DNA of 64,000 nt from the IMG/VR virus record IMGVR_UViG_3300045256_000050, positions 62,001 through 126,000 of that record. One strand, given 5' to 3'. Below the pieces are notes generated by a model. That model saw only the letters and a list, made by a program, of their open reading frames with translations, searched no databases and was not told the DNA's origin. Below are positions 19,762-29,987 of the stretch, in pieces (position 1 is the first letter of the stretch; each line of letters opens with the position of its first letter). A program made the position numbers and the translations under genes.

Positions 19762-20433
19762 ATGAAGATTTACTTAGCAGACATCAAGCCGCAACTGCGG
19801 ATCGCCTGGAAGAATGCCTTCAGGGGCGTAGAGAACGTCCAGGTGTACGAGCGGGGCATTGGCTCCATTCTCGACCTGGAGGTTGACGCCCTGGTCAGCC
19901 CGGCCAACAGCTTCGGGTTTATGGACGGCGGGATCGACGAGTTGTACTCGGAAACCCTCGGGTGGCATGTTTCGGAACGTTTGCAGGATCACATCGTCAA
20001 GGATTTCAACGGCGAGTTGCTGATCGGGCAGGCGACCATCGTGCCGACCGACCATGCGGTGTTCAAGTATTTGATCGCCGCCCCGACGATGCGGGTGCCG
20101 ACCCGTCTGCCGGACAACACGGTGAACGTGTTCCTGGCGACTCGGGCGGCGTTGTTCCTGGCGGACAAGATGGCAAAGCGTGGGCTACTGACTTCCGTGG
20201 CGTTCCCCGGCTTGGGGACGGGCATCGGGGCGGTATCCCCGGAGAAGTGCGCACTCCAGATGCGTGCGGCTTACGATTGGGTGTTCAACAACGAACGCCC
20301 GGAGATGGAGTGGAAGAAGGTTCTCGACCACCACACCTACCTCTACACTGGACTTCGGGCAACTAACACTTGGGAGATGTCCGATAACGACCCAGACCCG
20401 GAACTCGGGTGGGAAGACGAACTAGAACAATAA
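19762..20433 (+). CDS. Macrodomain (ADP-ribose binding/hydrolase) protein
   Basis: DALVSPANSFGFMDGGID and SVAFPGLGTGIG motifs; ATG at 19762 after GGA SD. Confidence 0.9.
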   Translation: MKIYLADIKPQLRIAWKNAFRGVENVQVYERGIGSILDLEVDALVSPANSFGFMDGGIDELYSETLGWHVSERLQDHIVKDFNGELLIGQATIVPTDHAVFKYLIAAPTMRVPTRLPDNTVNVFLATRAALFLADKMAKRGLLTSVAFPGLGTGIGAVSPEKCALQMRAAYDWVFNNERPEMEWKKVLDHHTYLYTGLRATNTWEMSDNDPDPELGWEDELEQ

Positions 20434-20445
20434 GAAAGGACGAAC

Positions 20446-20694
20446 ATGGACATTTCGCATGTAATGATTGGTTTCGACAAGCTGGAGGAAGCCCTGGGTC
20501 TGCGGGGCTACGCAACCATCGTGGCTTGTAAGGAACACGAAAGTGGGCGGCACTTAACTCTGCGTTTGATTTCAGAACGTGCCCCGAGAGAGATAAATAT
20601 CCAAGAAGGAGAGCCGCTGTCCAAGCTGGGTGAAGCCTACCGTCCGGTAGAAGTCGCCGAAGTGCAGGTGGTGAAGGCTCCCGCCATCGAGTAA
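20446..20694 (+). CDS. Small hypothetical protein
   Basis: 82-aa ORF with AAGGA SD. Confidence 0.7.
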   Translation: MDISHVMIGFDKLEEALGLRGYATIVACKEHESGRHLTLRLISERAPREINIQEGEPLSKLGEAYRPVEVAEVQVVKAPAIE

Positions 20695-20704
20695 AAGGTG
20701 AAGA

Positions 20705-21490
20705 ATGCCTCGTATTGAGCTAATCACAGTCCCACTGTACAACCCGACTGACCCGTACCACTTTGAGTTCGACAACATCCCGTTGAAGAACATCTTGCGG
20801 CGGCAGAACCTCATCAATCTGTCGCTCGACAACGTGATCGAGCAGATTCGGGATGCCATCGGCACGCAGGGGAGCATGGCGAACCGGCTCAACCAGTCGA
20901 TCAACGCCGACGGTAGTCTGAAGACGGACGCCATTGACGAGGCACTTCACAGCGTTGAGGAACACGAAGACACGGTAGACTATGTTCGTATGCTCCGGTC
21001 CGAGTCCGACAAGCTGGCGTTGATCGCCGACGAGGCGACCAACACTTCTTTGGAAATTCAGCTTGACGACGACGGGGATGATGTCGTAACATTAGACAAT
21101 GGTCCGGCGAGACTCGTCCCCAGCAACACGGTGACGTGGAGCGTCGAGTCCCCGAACAAGATCAGTGCAAATCTGGCGTTCCCGGCCGAGGCTGCCCACA
21201 AGCATTACTACGACCAGGAACCAGTTCCCGCCGATCTCACCGAGCCGGACTACATTAACTACAAGGTAAACTCAGCGGCCACGCCGTTCGTCGAAGGCAC
21301 CCTGCGTGTCTACATCAACGGCGTGCGGTTGTCCGCCACAACTTCCATCTACGTCCCAGGCGCACTGGTAAACGACCCCTGGACGCTGATGACCTACACG
21401 CCCGACTTCGAGAACGGCACGTTCGCCCTTTCTACCGCCGTGTCCGAAGAGGACGTAGTAAGAATTGACTATGACATCTCGTACATCTAA
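20705..21490 (+). CDS. Putative virion structural (tail-associated) protein
   Basis: C-terminal GTLRVYINGVRL...VVRIDY beta-domain common in tail proteins; acidic. Confidence 0.6.
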   Translation: MPRIELITVPLYNPTDPYHFEFDNIPLKNILRRQNLINLSLDNVIEQIRDAIGTQGSMANRLNQSINADGSLKTDAIDEALHSVEEHEDTVDYVRMLRSESDKLALIADEATNTSLEIQLDDDGDDVVTLDNGPARLVPSNTVTWSVESPNKISANLAFPAEAAHKHYYDQEPVPADLTEPDYINYKVNSAATPFVEGTLRVYINGVRLSATTSIYVPGALVNDPWTLMTYTPDFENGTFALSTAVSEEDVVRIDYDISYI

Positions 21491-22046
21491 GAAAAAGGCA
21501 GAGGTAGTACGTCCCGAGTTCGGGTTCGTGATCCTCTGCCCGGAACGCAACCTCGGTGGGTTAAAGAACACCGTCAACTCGATCAAGAGCCACTTCCCGG
21601 AATGCTCCTACGTCTGCACCGTCGGCGACGACGTGCAGAAGGACGAGTTGGCCGAGATGATCGGGATTTGCAACACCGTCAAGGCCGGGAACACGATCAC
21701 GTCCCTCATCAACGTGGGGATGAAGCACTCGGACGCCGAGTGGAACATCATCGTCTTTTCCGGTAGCTGGCTCCGCACCAGCCTCATCAACAAGGCCAGG
21801 ACGTTCATCAAGAGCGACCGGGATGTGTTGTTCCCGGTGGTTGACTGGAAGACGAACTTCGTGGACGGCTCGATGAACGGCATATTCCTGCACCGCAAGA
21901 TGTTCGAGGACGCCGGTGAGTTCCCCGCCGGGGCGATGGAGAAGGCGGGCGTGAGCGACATCGAGATGGCGAAGCTGTTTTGGGCGGCTGAGGCCATCGA
22001 GAAGGGTGCGATCTTCAAAGCCATCGTGGGAATGCGAGTGTGTTAA
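21471..22046 (+). CDS. Degenerate GT-A (family 2-like) glycosyltransferase-fold protein
   Basis: FVILCPERN...LINVGMKHSDAEWNIIV resembles the GT2 N-terminal domain; no clear DxD. Confidence 0.45.
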   Translation: MTSRTSKKKAEVVRPEFGFVILCPERNLGGLKNTVNSIKSHFPECSYVCTVGDDVQKDELAEMIGICNTVKAGNTITSLINVGMKHSDAEWNIIVFSGSWLRTSLINKARTFIKSDRDVLFPVVDWKTNFVDGSMNGIFLHRKMFEDAGEFPAGAMEKAGVSDIEMAKLFWAAEAIEKGAIFKAIVGMRVC

Positions 22047-22556
22047 ATGCCAGTCCTGTCCGACGTTACCCGTGCCCGCCTCCTAGACGCCAACCAGAAC
22101 CCTCTTACGGAATGGCACGCAGTTTATAACCTAAAGCCGGAACTGTCGGGCGGGAACAGCATGTTCCTGGTGGACTTGGCCGTTGCCGCCCGGAACGACA
22201 GCTTCGGCTCGGCAATCGTCACCCGTGACCCGTTCAGCAACATGATGCTACTGGTGCAACGGTCCGGCGACAACCACCACAACTACTACCTGTTCAAGAA
22301 CTGTATCTTCCAGAGCTTCAATGCCCTGGATATTGCGGAAGGGGTTTGGTACGGGGAGACGACGTTCTACTGTCAGTTTTACGAGATTCACACGGGGGAC
22401 AGGCTCCAAATCATCCGGCCCATCAGAAGTCAACAATCACGGACCCAGGCTAATCCCGACACCGAGATTAGAAACAGGTTGCAAGACCTGGGGAGAAACC
22501 CGGATTGCGGCAGAGACTCTGATGGGCCGGTGGATTGGCTCAACAACGGCTTTTAG
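22047..22556 (+). CDS. Hypothetical protein ending in DWLNNGF
   Basis: 169-aa ORF abutting the previous stop. Confidence 0.65.
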   Translation: MPVLSDVTRARLLDANQNPLTEWHAVYNLKPELSGGNSMFLVDLAVAARNDSFGSAIVTRDPFSNMMLLVQRSGDNHHNYYLFKNCIFQSFNALDIAEGVWYGETTFYCQFYEIHTGDRLQIIRPIRSQQSRTQANPDTEIRNRLQDLGRNPDCGRDSDGPVDWLNNGF

Positions 22557-23092
22557 ATCAAGCCGTAGGTGAACGACCAGCGGTCATTCTCCTTATGTTT
22601 ACCCTGGTTCACTTCGTCCAGGTAGTTATACAACTCGTCCCAAGACCCGAACATGAAGTCCAGCGGGATGAACCCGTAGTACCACAGCGGGACGTATTCC
22701 TTGCCCTGCGGACACATCAACAGTGTGGGCTTCTTTTGGTTGCTGCTGTTGATGATCTCGTGGTGCGTGCCGGTCGTGGGCACCTTCCGGGGAAGGTACG
22801 AGATCACGATGTCGGCCCGGTCCACCATCTTCAGGTCTTTCTTCACGAACTGGCGGGCGATCCGCTGCATCGTGTCGAAGTCCTTCTCGGCCTGAGCTTT
22901 CGTGAGTGAAGGCACCCACTGCTGCTTCGGGTCGTCGAACGGGTCGAACAGATCGAGGCCGAACCGCTCGGTCAGCACCTTCTTCGGTTCGGTCCGCCAG
23001 TTGTGGCCGGACGTGTCGTGTTCAATCGGCCCGGACAGGTAGACTCGCTGTCCGGCCAAGTAACTTGTCTTTCCTTCCGTGGACACGAACAT
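22553..23092 (-). CDS. Nucleoside 2-deoxyribosyltransferase / nucleotide N-glycosidase-like protein
   Basis: VYLSGP, DLKMVDRADIVI and TGTHHEI...KKP motifs; GGAGG SD. Confidence 0.8.
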   Translation of the reverse strand: MFVSTEGKTSYLAGQRVYLSGPIEHDTSGHNWRTEPKKVLTERFGLDLFDPFDDPKQQWVPSLTKAQAEKDFDTMQRIARQFVKKDLKMVDRADIVISYLPRKVPTTGTHHEIINSSNQKKPTLLMCPQGKEYVPLWYYGFIPLDFMFGSWDELYNYLDEVNQGKHKENDRWSFTYGLI

Positions 23093-23141
23093 TCCTAGTC
23101 CTCCTTAACTTTCATAATCACAGTACCGAAACGAGGAAAAT

Positions 23142-23876
23142 ATGTCAAGCATCGACCCCCAGAAGTTGTTCGAGAACATTCAGGAACTCCTGGCGAAAGC
23201 CGAAATGCCGGAGCGGCACACCTTCTTTCAGATGAAAAACTTCATCGTCGGCAAGGAATGCACGGTACAAGGCCAGTTGTGGCAGATCACCCGTGAACTC
23301 CGTGCCCGGTCGGACTCCCTCCTGGCCCTCCACGACCAGATCGCCGACTCCCAGGATAGCATCGAATTGCTGAACATTGCAACTGAGCGGCTGCGGATTA
23401 ACCACAAATCCTCCGGCACGATGGGGAACGACGAACTGGACGAGCGGGAAAAGCAGGTCAAGTTGCGGAAACTGGACCGGGAGCGGGCTTCCCTGGAAAG
23501 AACCGTGGAAACCCTGAAGAATAAATCTAAATACCTTCTGGAAGAGATGGCTTACCTTTACAACGCCCACGAGACGTTGAGTAAGGTTCAGGCCATGAAG
23601 CCGCTGGATGACGTGCAGGCACAGCAGGAATACTGGAACGAAAAGCTCACCGAAGAACTCAATCTTCGCCTACTCCTCCGTAACCCGCTCGACAGCGATT
23701 TTGTAAAGACCATCCTGGCCCTCGAAGACACGTCGCCTGTCAAGAAGCAGATGGTCGAAATCCTCGGCAAAGTTCAGAAAAACATGCTCGAAGAACGTGA
23801 CCGGCAGTTGGCCCTCGCCGCCGACAAGCAGACCGGCCAGCACAAGGCTTTACTGAGAAAACAAGGTGGTAAGTAA
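23142..23876 (+). CDS. Hypothetical coiled-coil protein
   Basis: 244-aa ORF, GAGG SD, heptad-rich centre. Confidence 0.8.
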   Translation: MSSIDPQKLFENIQELLAKAEMPERHTFFQMKNFIVGKECTVQGQLWQITRELRARSDSLLALHDQIADSQDSIELLNIATERLRINHKSSGTMGNDELDEREKQVKLRKLDRERASLERTVETLKNKSKYLLEEMAYLYNAHETLSKVQAMKPLDDVQAQQEYWNEKLTEELNLRLLLRNPLDSDFVKTILALEDTSPVKKQMVEILGKVQKNMLEERDRQLALAADKQTGQHKALLRKQGGK

Positions 23877-24919
23877 TGGCTATCGACAGAATCTCCTCAC
23901 TGGATGAAGGTTACGCAACAGGGGATTTGTCCGTCTTCCCGACCGCCCTGGACGACAAGAACATTCTGTACACGGCCACGAACAACTCCAAGACTTCACT
24001 GAAGCAAACCCTGTCCTACAACGGCCAGATCGTCGTCGTGGACGACACGACCGGGTTCCCGGACCGGGGCATCATCCGCATCGGGTTCACCGGCGAGGGC
24101 GAGGGGAACTTCGAACTGATCGCCTACAACAAGAAGACGGGTAACACCTTCCAGCAGTTGAAGCGGGGGTTCGCCGGGTCCAAGCAGGGCGTATGGCGTC
24201 CGGGGCAGGCGTACATCACGAACAGCGTCGTGGCGGAACACCACAACGCCATCAAGGACGCCATCCTGAACATTGAGAAAGACCTGGGGACGAAGGAAGA
24301 CCCGGACCCGCTGTCGCTCAACGGCATTCTGAAACAGCAGGAAGTACGTTTCCTAACGCCGAAACCCCTGTTCCGGGCGTTCCCGACGAAGGGGCCACCC
24401 CCGCATCAGGTCCGGTTCCAGAACTTCACGACGGGGCACATCGTCCGCAACCTGTGGGACTTTGGCGACGGCGGTACGTCCCTGGAGAAGAACCCGGTCC
24501 ACACCTATCTGCAAGAGGGTGTGTACACGGTGAAGTTGAACATCATCACTTCGACGGGTGCCCAGGGGGTTGCGACGAAGACCGGCTACATCACTGTGGA
24601 CAAGGACGAGAACATTCCGTTCGTCTACGTTGACTCGCTGCTCAACCCGTACTCCGTGGAGACGGCCTCGGCGTTGACCGACGGCGGCAACCCGACGGAG
24701 CCGAAGACGTTCGTCTTCGTGGATCAGTCGGACGGCGACATCGTTCAGCGGAATTGGGTGTTCGGCGACGGACAGCAGTTCACTGAGAACGACCCGGACA
24801 TCCATACGATCTCCCACGTCTACGACAAGCCCGGAACGTATGACGTGACTCTGATCTTGATCTACAGCAACCGGCGGCTGAAGAAAGTGAATTTGTCTGA
24901 AGAACTGGTGGTTTTGTAA
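23876..24919 (+). CDS. PKD-domain virion/fibre protein, paralog 1
   Basis: Two WDFGDG / WVFGDG PKD motifs; N-terminal VAEHHNAIKDAI block. Confidence 0.85.
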   Translation: MAIDRISSLDEGYATGDLSVFPTALDDKNILYTATNNSKTSLKQTLSYNGQIVVVDDTTGFPDRGIIRIGFTGEGEGNFELIAYNKKTGNTFQQLKRGFAGSKQGVWRPGQAYITNSVVAEHHNAIKDAILNIEKDLGTKEDPDPLSLNGILKQQEVRFLTPKPLFRAFPTKGPPPHQVRFQNFTTGHIVRNLWDFGDGGTSLEKNPVHTYLQEGVYTVKLNIITSTGAQGVATKTGYITVDKDENIPFVYVDSLLNPYSVETASALTDGGNPTEPKTFVFVDQSDGDIVQRNWVFGDGQQFTENDPDIHTISHVYDKPGTYDVTLILIYSNRRLKKVNLSEELVVL

Positions 24920-27204
24920 TGACGATCCCTACAGCGAGTGACTACCCGGACGCCTTCGACTCGGACACTAACCTGTTCGCAGTTCATGACGGTCTGCGGG
25001 TCCGTCTTGCCGAAGATTACAACCCCGGCGATACCGAGATCACGGTGGAGGGCGACCTTCTCATCCTGTCTCGGTTCCCGCCGACGGGCATCATCACGCT
25101 CACCGAGCAGTGCAGCGACATCGACAAGCGGGCCATCTCGCTGTTCTACTCGAACATCGACACGGCCACGGGCGTCATCAGCGGCCTCGAAGTCCTGCCG
25201 ACGTTCGTAGATGTTCCGAAACTCAAGCGGATCACGAACGTCACGCAGAACGTCATGGCTCAGCACCACAACGCCCTGAAGGACGCCCTGATCGCTATCG
25301 AAGAGTTCATCGGCGTCAAGGGCACCGTGGACGACCTGCCGTTCGGGCCGACGATGGAAGGCCGGGTCAACTTCTTACGCAAGGTGGTTCTCATCCCCCG
25401 TGCGTGGTTCACCGCCGACAAGCGGACGGGCATCGTCCCGCTCGACATCGAGTTCCGTGACCTGAGCTTCCGCCTGGGTACTGACGGCACCGCCGGTCCC
25501 GTGACGATCTCCTGGGACTTCGGCGACAACACGACCAGCAACATCTCGCTCATCAGCGTCATCAGTGAAACCTCCGTAGTTCCAGAGGACGCCGAGAACG
25601 TGTTGGTTTACGACACGGACGGCGGGACGATCAAGAAGACCTACCTGCGGCCCGGCATCTTCGACGTGACCCTGACCGTCACGAACGACTTCGGCAGCGA
25701 CTCCTGCACCTTCCCGGCCTTCATCAAGGCTCGGGTGAAGGCACCGGACGAGGCCATCATCAAGTTCCAGAACGGCGAAGGGCAGACGATCACCCCAGGC
25801 GTGCCGGTCAACGGACCGTACACCGTGAACCCACGGGTGCGGGCACCGATCAACACCATCATCAATCTGTTCATCCCGGACGGAGAGAACCTGTCCACGC
25901 CGGGAATCAGCTTCGGCGGGGAACCGCTCGACGGCAGCGGCTCGCCGATTGACCCGATTGTGAACTACACCTGGAGTCTGGGTGACGACCTGAACCACCC
26001 GAACGCCTCCAGCACGAAGGCGTCTTACTCTATCGGCGGGTTGTACGACCTGAAGCTGCGGGTGGACACGGACTTCGGGGCTTACAGAATCACCACCTAC
26101 GAGAACTGCATCGACGTGGTGGAGAACGTGAACCTGTGGCTGTGGACGTTCGACACGGGCGTTACGGTCCGGGCCTACGAGTATGGGTTGATTAGCGAAA
26201 CATTCAAGCTCAACAGCAACTCGTCGCAGATCGTGTTGCGGGACGACAGCTTCTTGGACAACGTGCCGTCGGCCTCGCAGCAGAAGCGGGAGTTCAAGCG
26301 GAACACCGGCTTTGCTCCCCGTGGTACGCTGGAGTCGGGCCGTGGCGGCTCTGTGTTGCTTTATTGGGCGAGCGGCCGGTCTGGTTCCGACCCGATCAGT
26401 GCCGAGGAGATTCGGTTCGTTGAGTACACCGGGTTCAGCGACACCTACATCACCCGGTCCGAGGTTAGCCGCCCGTGGAATTGGGCGACGTTCAATTCCG
26501 CCGGGGCTGCGTTCTTCGTGTTCGGTGCCCCGACCACCGTGCCCTCGCCATCGACTTCGCCGACCAACCCGACGAAGACGATCCTCGACCTGACGTTCTT
26601 GACGACCACGGACGAAACGCTGACGGTGGACAACTTCAGCAACGGTGCCCAGGAATTGTTGAGTAACGTGGCCTCGTATGACGACGACGGCAACAGCATC
26701 TACGGTAACTTCAGCGTGTACCGGACGGCCTGGAAGGACAACACCGGGTACATCACCCGGAACTCGGGCATCGGCCCGTTCTTCCGCATCAAGAGCTTCT
26801 ACCGGACGGAGGGGACTGTGGGCAACCCGTTCCAGACGATCCGCAAGCTGACGGACATGCAGGGGCCGACGAAGACCGAGGGCCAGTTGACTAACTTGAG
26901 CCAGGGTGTGTACTTCTTCAACAACTCCGGGTCGATCTCGGCGTTCAGCGACACGAGCTTCACTTGGTCTACGGGCGGTCCTGGGTTTAACTCCGTGGCG
27001 TACCGGGCTTTGCAAGATACCGGCGTTCCGGGATACGATAATACATCGAACACGCTGCTGTGTACCTCGGACGGGGACAAGCGGGCGTACCTGAGCTTCG
27101 ACTACAGCGAGAACGTGTTCCTGAAGTTCTCTGAGACGGACCTAACATTCACCGCCCTGGGCGCACGGCCGAGCGGCGAGCAATGGATCATGGGAGTTTA
27201 CTAA
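24919..27204 (+). CDS. PKD-domain virion/fibre protein, paralog 2
   Basis: WDFGDN and WSLGDD PKD motifs; MAQHHNALKDAL block; beta-rich C-terminus. Confidence 0.85.
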   Translation: MTIPTASDYPDAFDSDTNLFAVHDGLRVRLAEDYNPGDTEITVEGDLLILSRFPPTGIITLTEQCSDIDKRAISLFYSNIDTATGVISGLEVLPTFVDVPKLKRITNVTQNVMAQHHNALKDALIAIEEFIGVKGTVDDLPFGPTMEGRVNFLRKVVLIPRAWFTADKRTGIVPLDIEFRDLSFRLGTDGTAGPVTISWDFGDNTTSNISLISVISETSVVPEDAENVLVYDTDGGTIKKTYLRPGIFDVTLTVTNDFGSDSCTFPAFIKARVKAPDEAIIKFQNGEGQTITPGVPVNGPYTVNPRVRAPINTIINLFIPDGENLSTPGISFGGEPLDGSGSPIDPIVNYTWSLGDDLNHPNASSTKASYSIGGLYDLKLRVDTDFGAYRITTYENCIDVVENVNLWLWTFDTGVTVRAYEYGLISETFKLNSNSSQIVLRDDSFLDNVPSASQQKREFKRNTGFAPRGTLESGRGGSVLLYWASGRSGSDPISAEEIRFVEYTGFSDTYITRSEVSRPWNWATFNSAGAAFFVFGAPTTVPSPSTSPTNPTKTILDLTFLTTTDETLTVDNFSNGAQELLSNVASYDDDGNSIYGNFSVYRTAWKDNTGYITRNSGIGPFFRIKSFYRTEGTVGNPFQTIRKLTDMQGPTKTEGQLTNLSQGVYFFNNSGSISAFSDTSFTWSTGGPGFNSVAYRALQDTGVPGYDNTSNTLLCTSDGDKRAYLSFDYSENVFLKFSETDLTFTALGARPSGEQWIMGVY

Positions 27205-27206
27205 AG

Positions 27207-29078
27207 ATGCCATTTCCGCCGATTCCTGCGTACCCGAATGCGATTGACTCGGACTACACTTTGTTCCTGGTGTACAACACCACGGAGACGAAGCTGTGCG
27301 CAGACAACGCCGCCTGGGCGGAAACCATCGAACTCCTGCCCGTGGCCTCCGACAAGCCGGAAATCTGGGCCGACAACGGGTTCGGAAACATCGACGGCGA
27401 GTTGTTCTACTACGACTCCGTGGAGAAGGACTCCAACGGCAAGGTGAACAAGCTCAAGGGCTGTGCCCGAGCGTTGCTCGGCAAGTCCAAGTTCAACCCC
27501 CGTGGCACCTGGGTTCGCAGTTACGTCATTGCCGAACACCACAACCAGTTGGTCGATGCGATCCTGAACGTCGAGAACTTCGTGGGGTTCAACTTCGACC
27601 CACGGCAGGAAACCCTCGACTGGCGTATCCGCAACCTTCAGGCGTTGGCGATCATCTTCGACGACTACGCCTGCCCGGACGTGAACTTCACGTTCAACAT
27701 CGTGGAGAACGACAAGGAAACGGGTATCCTCGCCAACTATATCGTCGAGCTTACACAACCCACGACGGCCAACTCGTTCCGCTTGGACTTCGGCGACGGC
27801 GAGTCCACGACGACGGCCCTGTCCGGCAGCCACCGCTACGCCCTGAACGCCACGATTGACCCCGTGGTGACTTTGAGTAACGACAAGTGCCAGATCATCG
27901 TGACGCCGGTCGAGCGTGAGAACCCGAGTGAACCGCCTGCCGTCATTGAAGACGTGTTCGACATCCCGATTCCGACCGTGCCGGATATCCCGGACTTCAC
28001 CTTCGTCCCGTGCGAAGTGCCGGAGCCGAACATCAACCTGCCGCCGCTGGTCTTCCCGTGCATCTCGCTGGAAGGTCAGATCGGCCCGCTGCCGTCGGTC
28101 ATCATCGGCCCGGACATCCAGTTGGTTTCGAACGTGGTGATCGAGGGGCCGGACAACCCGGTACAGATTCTCCACAGCACCGTTACGATTGAGGGCGGGT
28201 TCAGCCTGCCGTCGATCATCTTCGTTGACGTGCCGCCGACGATTGTCATCGACCCGCCGATCCCGCCGACGATTGTCATCGTGGCTCAGTCGAGCATTGC
28301 GATGGGCATCGACTACGGCGAGTTGCCGAAGTTCGAGATCGACTGGAGCAACATGCCGGAGATGACCATGCAGATGACGATGGTCCGTCCGGTCACGAAG
28401 CCGCAGTTGATGGCCCAGAACGTGCAGAACGAGTTCGGCGACGAGTTCGCCGACTTGTTCCAGGCGTCCGAGCAACTGAAGGTGGAGTACGAGACGGTCG
28501 GGATGCCGGAAGAGATCAGGATCGTGATGCCGGACGAAATCCCGGACATCAAGATCGACGCCACCAGTGTGCCGAAGACGATCAAGGTTGTTACGGAAGA
28601 TTGCCACCTGCCCGAGATCATCCGAATCTTCGGCCCGGACAAGCCGCTGCCCGACGTGATCCACATCCACGGGCCGGAGACGCCGCTGCCGGACCAGATC
28701 GAGTTGGTGAACCGTGACGTTCCCCGTCAGATCGAATTGGTCAACAAGGACGTGCCGCACGAGATGGTGTTGCGGATGGAACACCCGATCCCCGAGAAGA
28801 TCACGGTCGAGATGGTCGAACCCATTCCGAGCAAGATCATCTTGGACGCCTCGGGTGTGCCGACATCGCTGCCGGTCACGGGTATCCCGGAAGCCCTGAC
28901 GGTCGTGGGCTTCCCGGAGGGCATCCCGATTCTCTTCCCGAAGGAAGAAGATATGCCGAAGATGGAGCTAGTTTATAAAGGTGCCCCGCTGGAACTGAAG
29001 ATCACGATGGACAAGATGATCGCAGCAGCGGAAGGCGAAGACGCACCGTGCGTGCGGATCATGCCTTGTATAAAGTAA
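27207..29078 (+). CDS. PKD-domain virion/fibre protein, paralog 3, with Pro/Ile repeat stalk
   Basis: LDFGDG PKD motif; IAEHHNQLVDAI block; repeated P-x-x-I-x-hydrophobic units. Confidence 0.85.
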   Translation: MPFPPIPAYPNAIDSDYTLFLVYNTTETKLCADNAAWAETIELLPVASDKPEIWADNGFGNIDGELFYYDSVEKDSNGKVNKLKGCARALLGKSKFNPRGTWVRSYVIAEHHNQLVDAILNVENFVGFNFDPRQETLDWRIRNLQALAIIFDDYACPDVNFTFNIVENDKETGILANYIVELTQPTTANSFRLDFGDGESTTTALSGSHRYALNATIDPVVTLSNDKCQIIVTPVERENPSEPPAVIEDVFDIPIPTVPDIPDFTFVPCEVPEPNINLPPLVFPCISLEGQIGPLPSVIIGPDIQLVSNVVIEGPDNPVQILHSTVTIEGGFSLPSIIFVDVPPTIVIDPPIPPTIVIVAQSSIAMGIDYGELPKFEIDWSNMPEMTMQMTMVRPVTKPQLMAQNVQNEFGDEFADLFQASEQLKVEYETVGMPEEIRIVMPDEIPDIKIDATSVPKTIKVVTEDCHLPEIIRIFGPDKPLPDVIHIHGPETPLPDQIELVNRDVPRQIELVNKDVPHEMVLRMEHPIPEKITVEMVEPIPSKIILDASGVPTSLPVTGIPEALTVVGFPEGIPILFPKEEDMPKMELVYKGAPLELKITMDKMIAAAEGEDAPCVRIMPCIK

Positions 29079-29081
29079 ACT

Positions 29082-29987
29082 ATGCTCAACCTACCTATCG
29101 ACCTGACTCAATCCAAGAACACCTTGTTCTTGGGCATCGGGGGCGGCTTCGACATCTACGGGGCCGTCCCTTTGTTTGCGCAAAACCACAACGCCAACAC
29201 GAGACTCTTCTTCGCCAATGTCAACGCCTCGGTCAAGAGCGTGTTGAAGTTCCCCAGGGACGATCACCCGTGTCCCGAAGGCTTCCTGGCCGGGTGGCTG
29301 GAGAAGCAGGAATACAAAACCACCGTCTACGCCCTACCTCGTGCCGGTGTGATCCCAACCCGGAACATCCTGCACACCATCATGAAAGAACACGCCATTG
29401 ACACGATTGTGTGCGTGGACGGCGGGGTGGATTCACTGATGGTGGGCGACGAGGAAGGGGCCGGGACGATTCTGGAGGACTTCGTGACGATGCAGGCGGT
29501 GAGTGCCCTGCGTGTGGCGAAGGTTCTGGTCTGCCTGGGTTTCGGCACGGAGACGGACGAGGACGTGTGCCACAACCATGCGTTACAGAACATGGCGGCT
29601 CTGGCTGCCGACGGGGCGTTCTGGGGTTGTTCTTCACTGACGAAGGACGACCCGGAATACCAAGCCTATCGAGAAGTGTGCGAGTACGCATGGGCCGACG
29701 GGAGGCGTAAGAGCCACGTCCACACGAAAGTCATCTCGGCCGTCGAGGGGAAGTTCGGGAACGACTCTCTGTACTCGGACGTGGACCCGCAACTCGCCGG
29801 GAAGACGAACACAGTAAACTACATTAACCCGTTGATGCCGATCATGTGGTTCTACGATCTCGACAAGGTGCTGGCCCGTAACAAGCTGGCGAAGTTGTTC
29901 GAGAACACCAACCTCAGCACCGACGTGTTGATGTTGTACAGGTCTAACAAGTTACCACTGAGGGAGCGACAAGCTATTCCGCTATGA
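29082..29987 (+). CDS. DUF1152-like protein
   Basis: GIGGGFD and VDGGVDSLMVGDEEGAGTILED motifs. Confidence 0.75.
   Translation: MLNLPIDLTQSKNTLFLGIGGGFDIYGAVPLFAQNHNANTRLFFANVNASVKSVLKFPRDDHPCPEGFLAGWLEKQEYKTTVYALPRAGVIPTRNILHTIMKEHAIDTIVCVDGGVDSLMVGDEEGAGTILEDFVTMQAVSALRVAKVLVCLGFGTETDEDVCHNHALQNMAALAADGAFWGCSSLTKDDPEYQAYREVCEYAWADGRRKSHVHTKVISAVEGKFGNDSLYSDVDPQLAGKTNTVNYINPLMPIMWFYDLDKVLARNKLAKLFENTNLSTDVLMLYRSNKLPLRERQAIPL

Noticed and set aside
22047-22556. Tail-tube (gp19-like) resemblance from YLFKNCIF
   Set aside because: A single short motif; the remainder does not fit.
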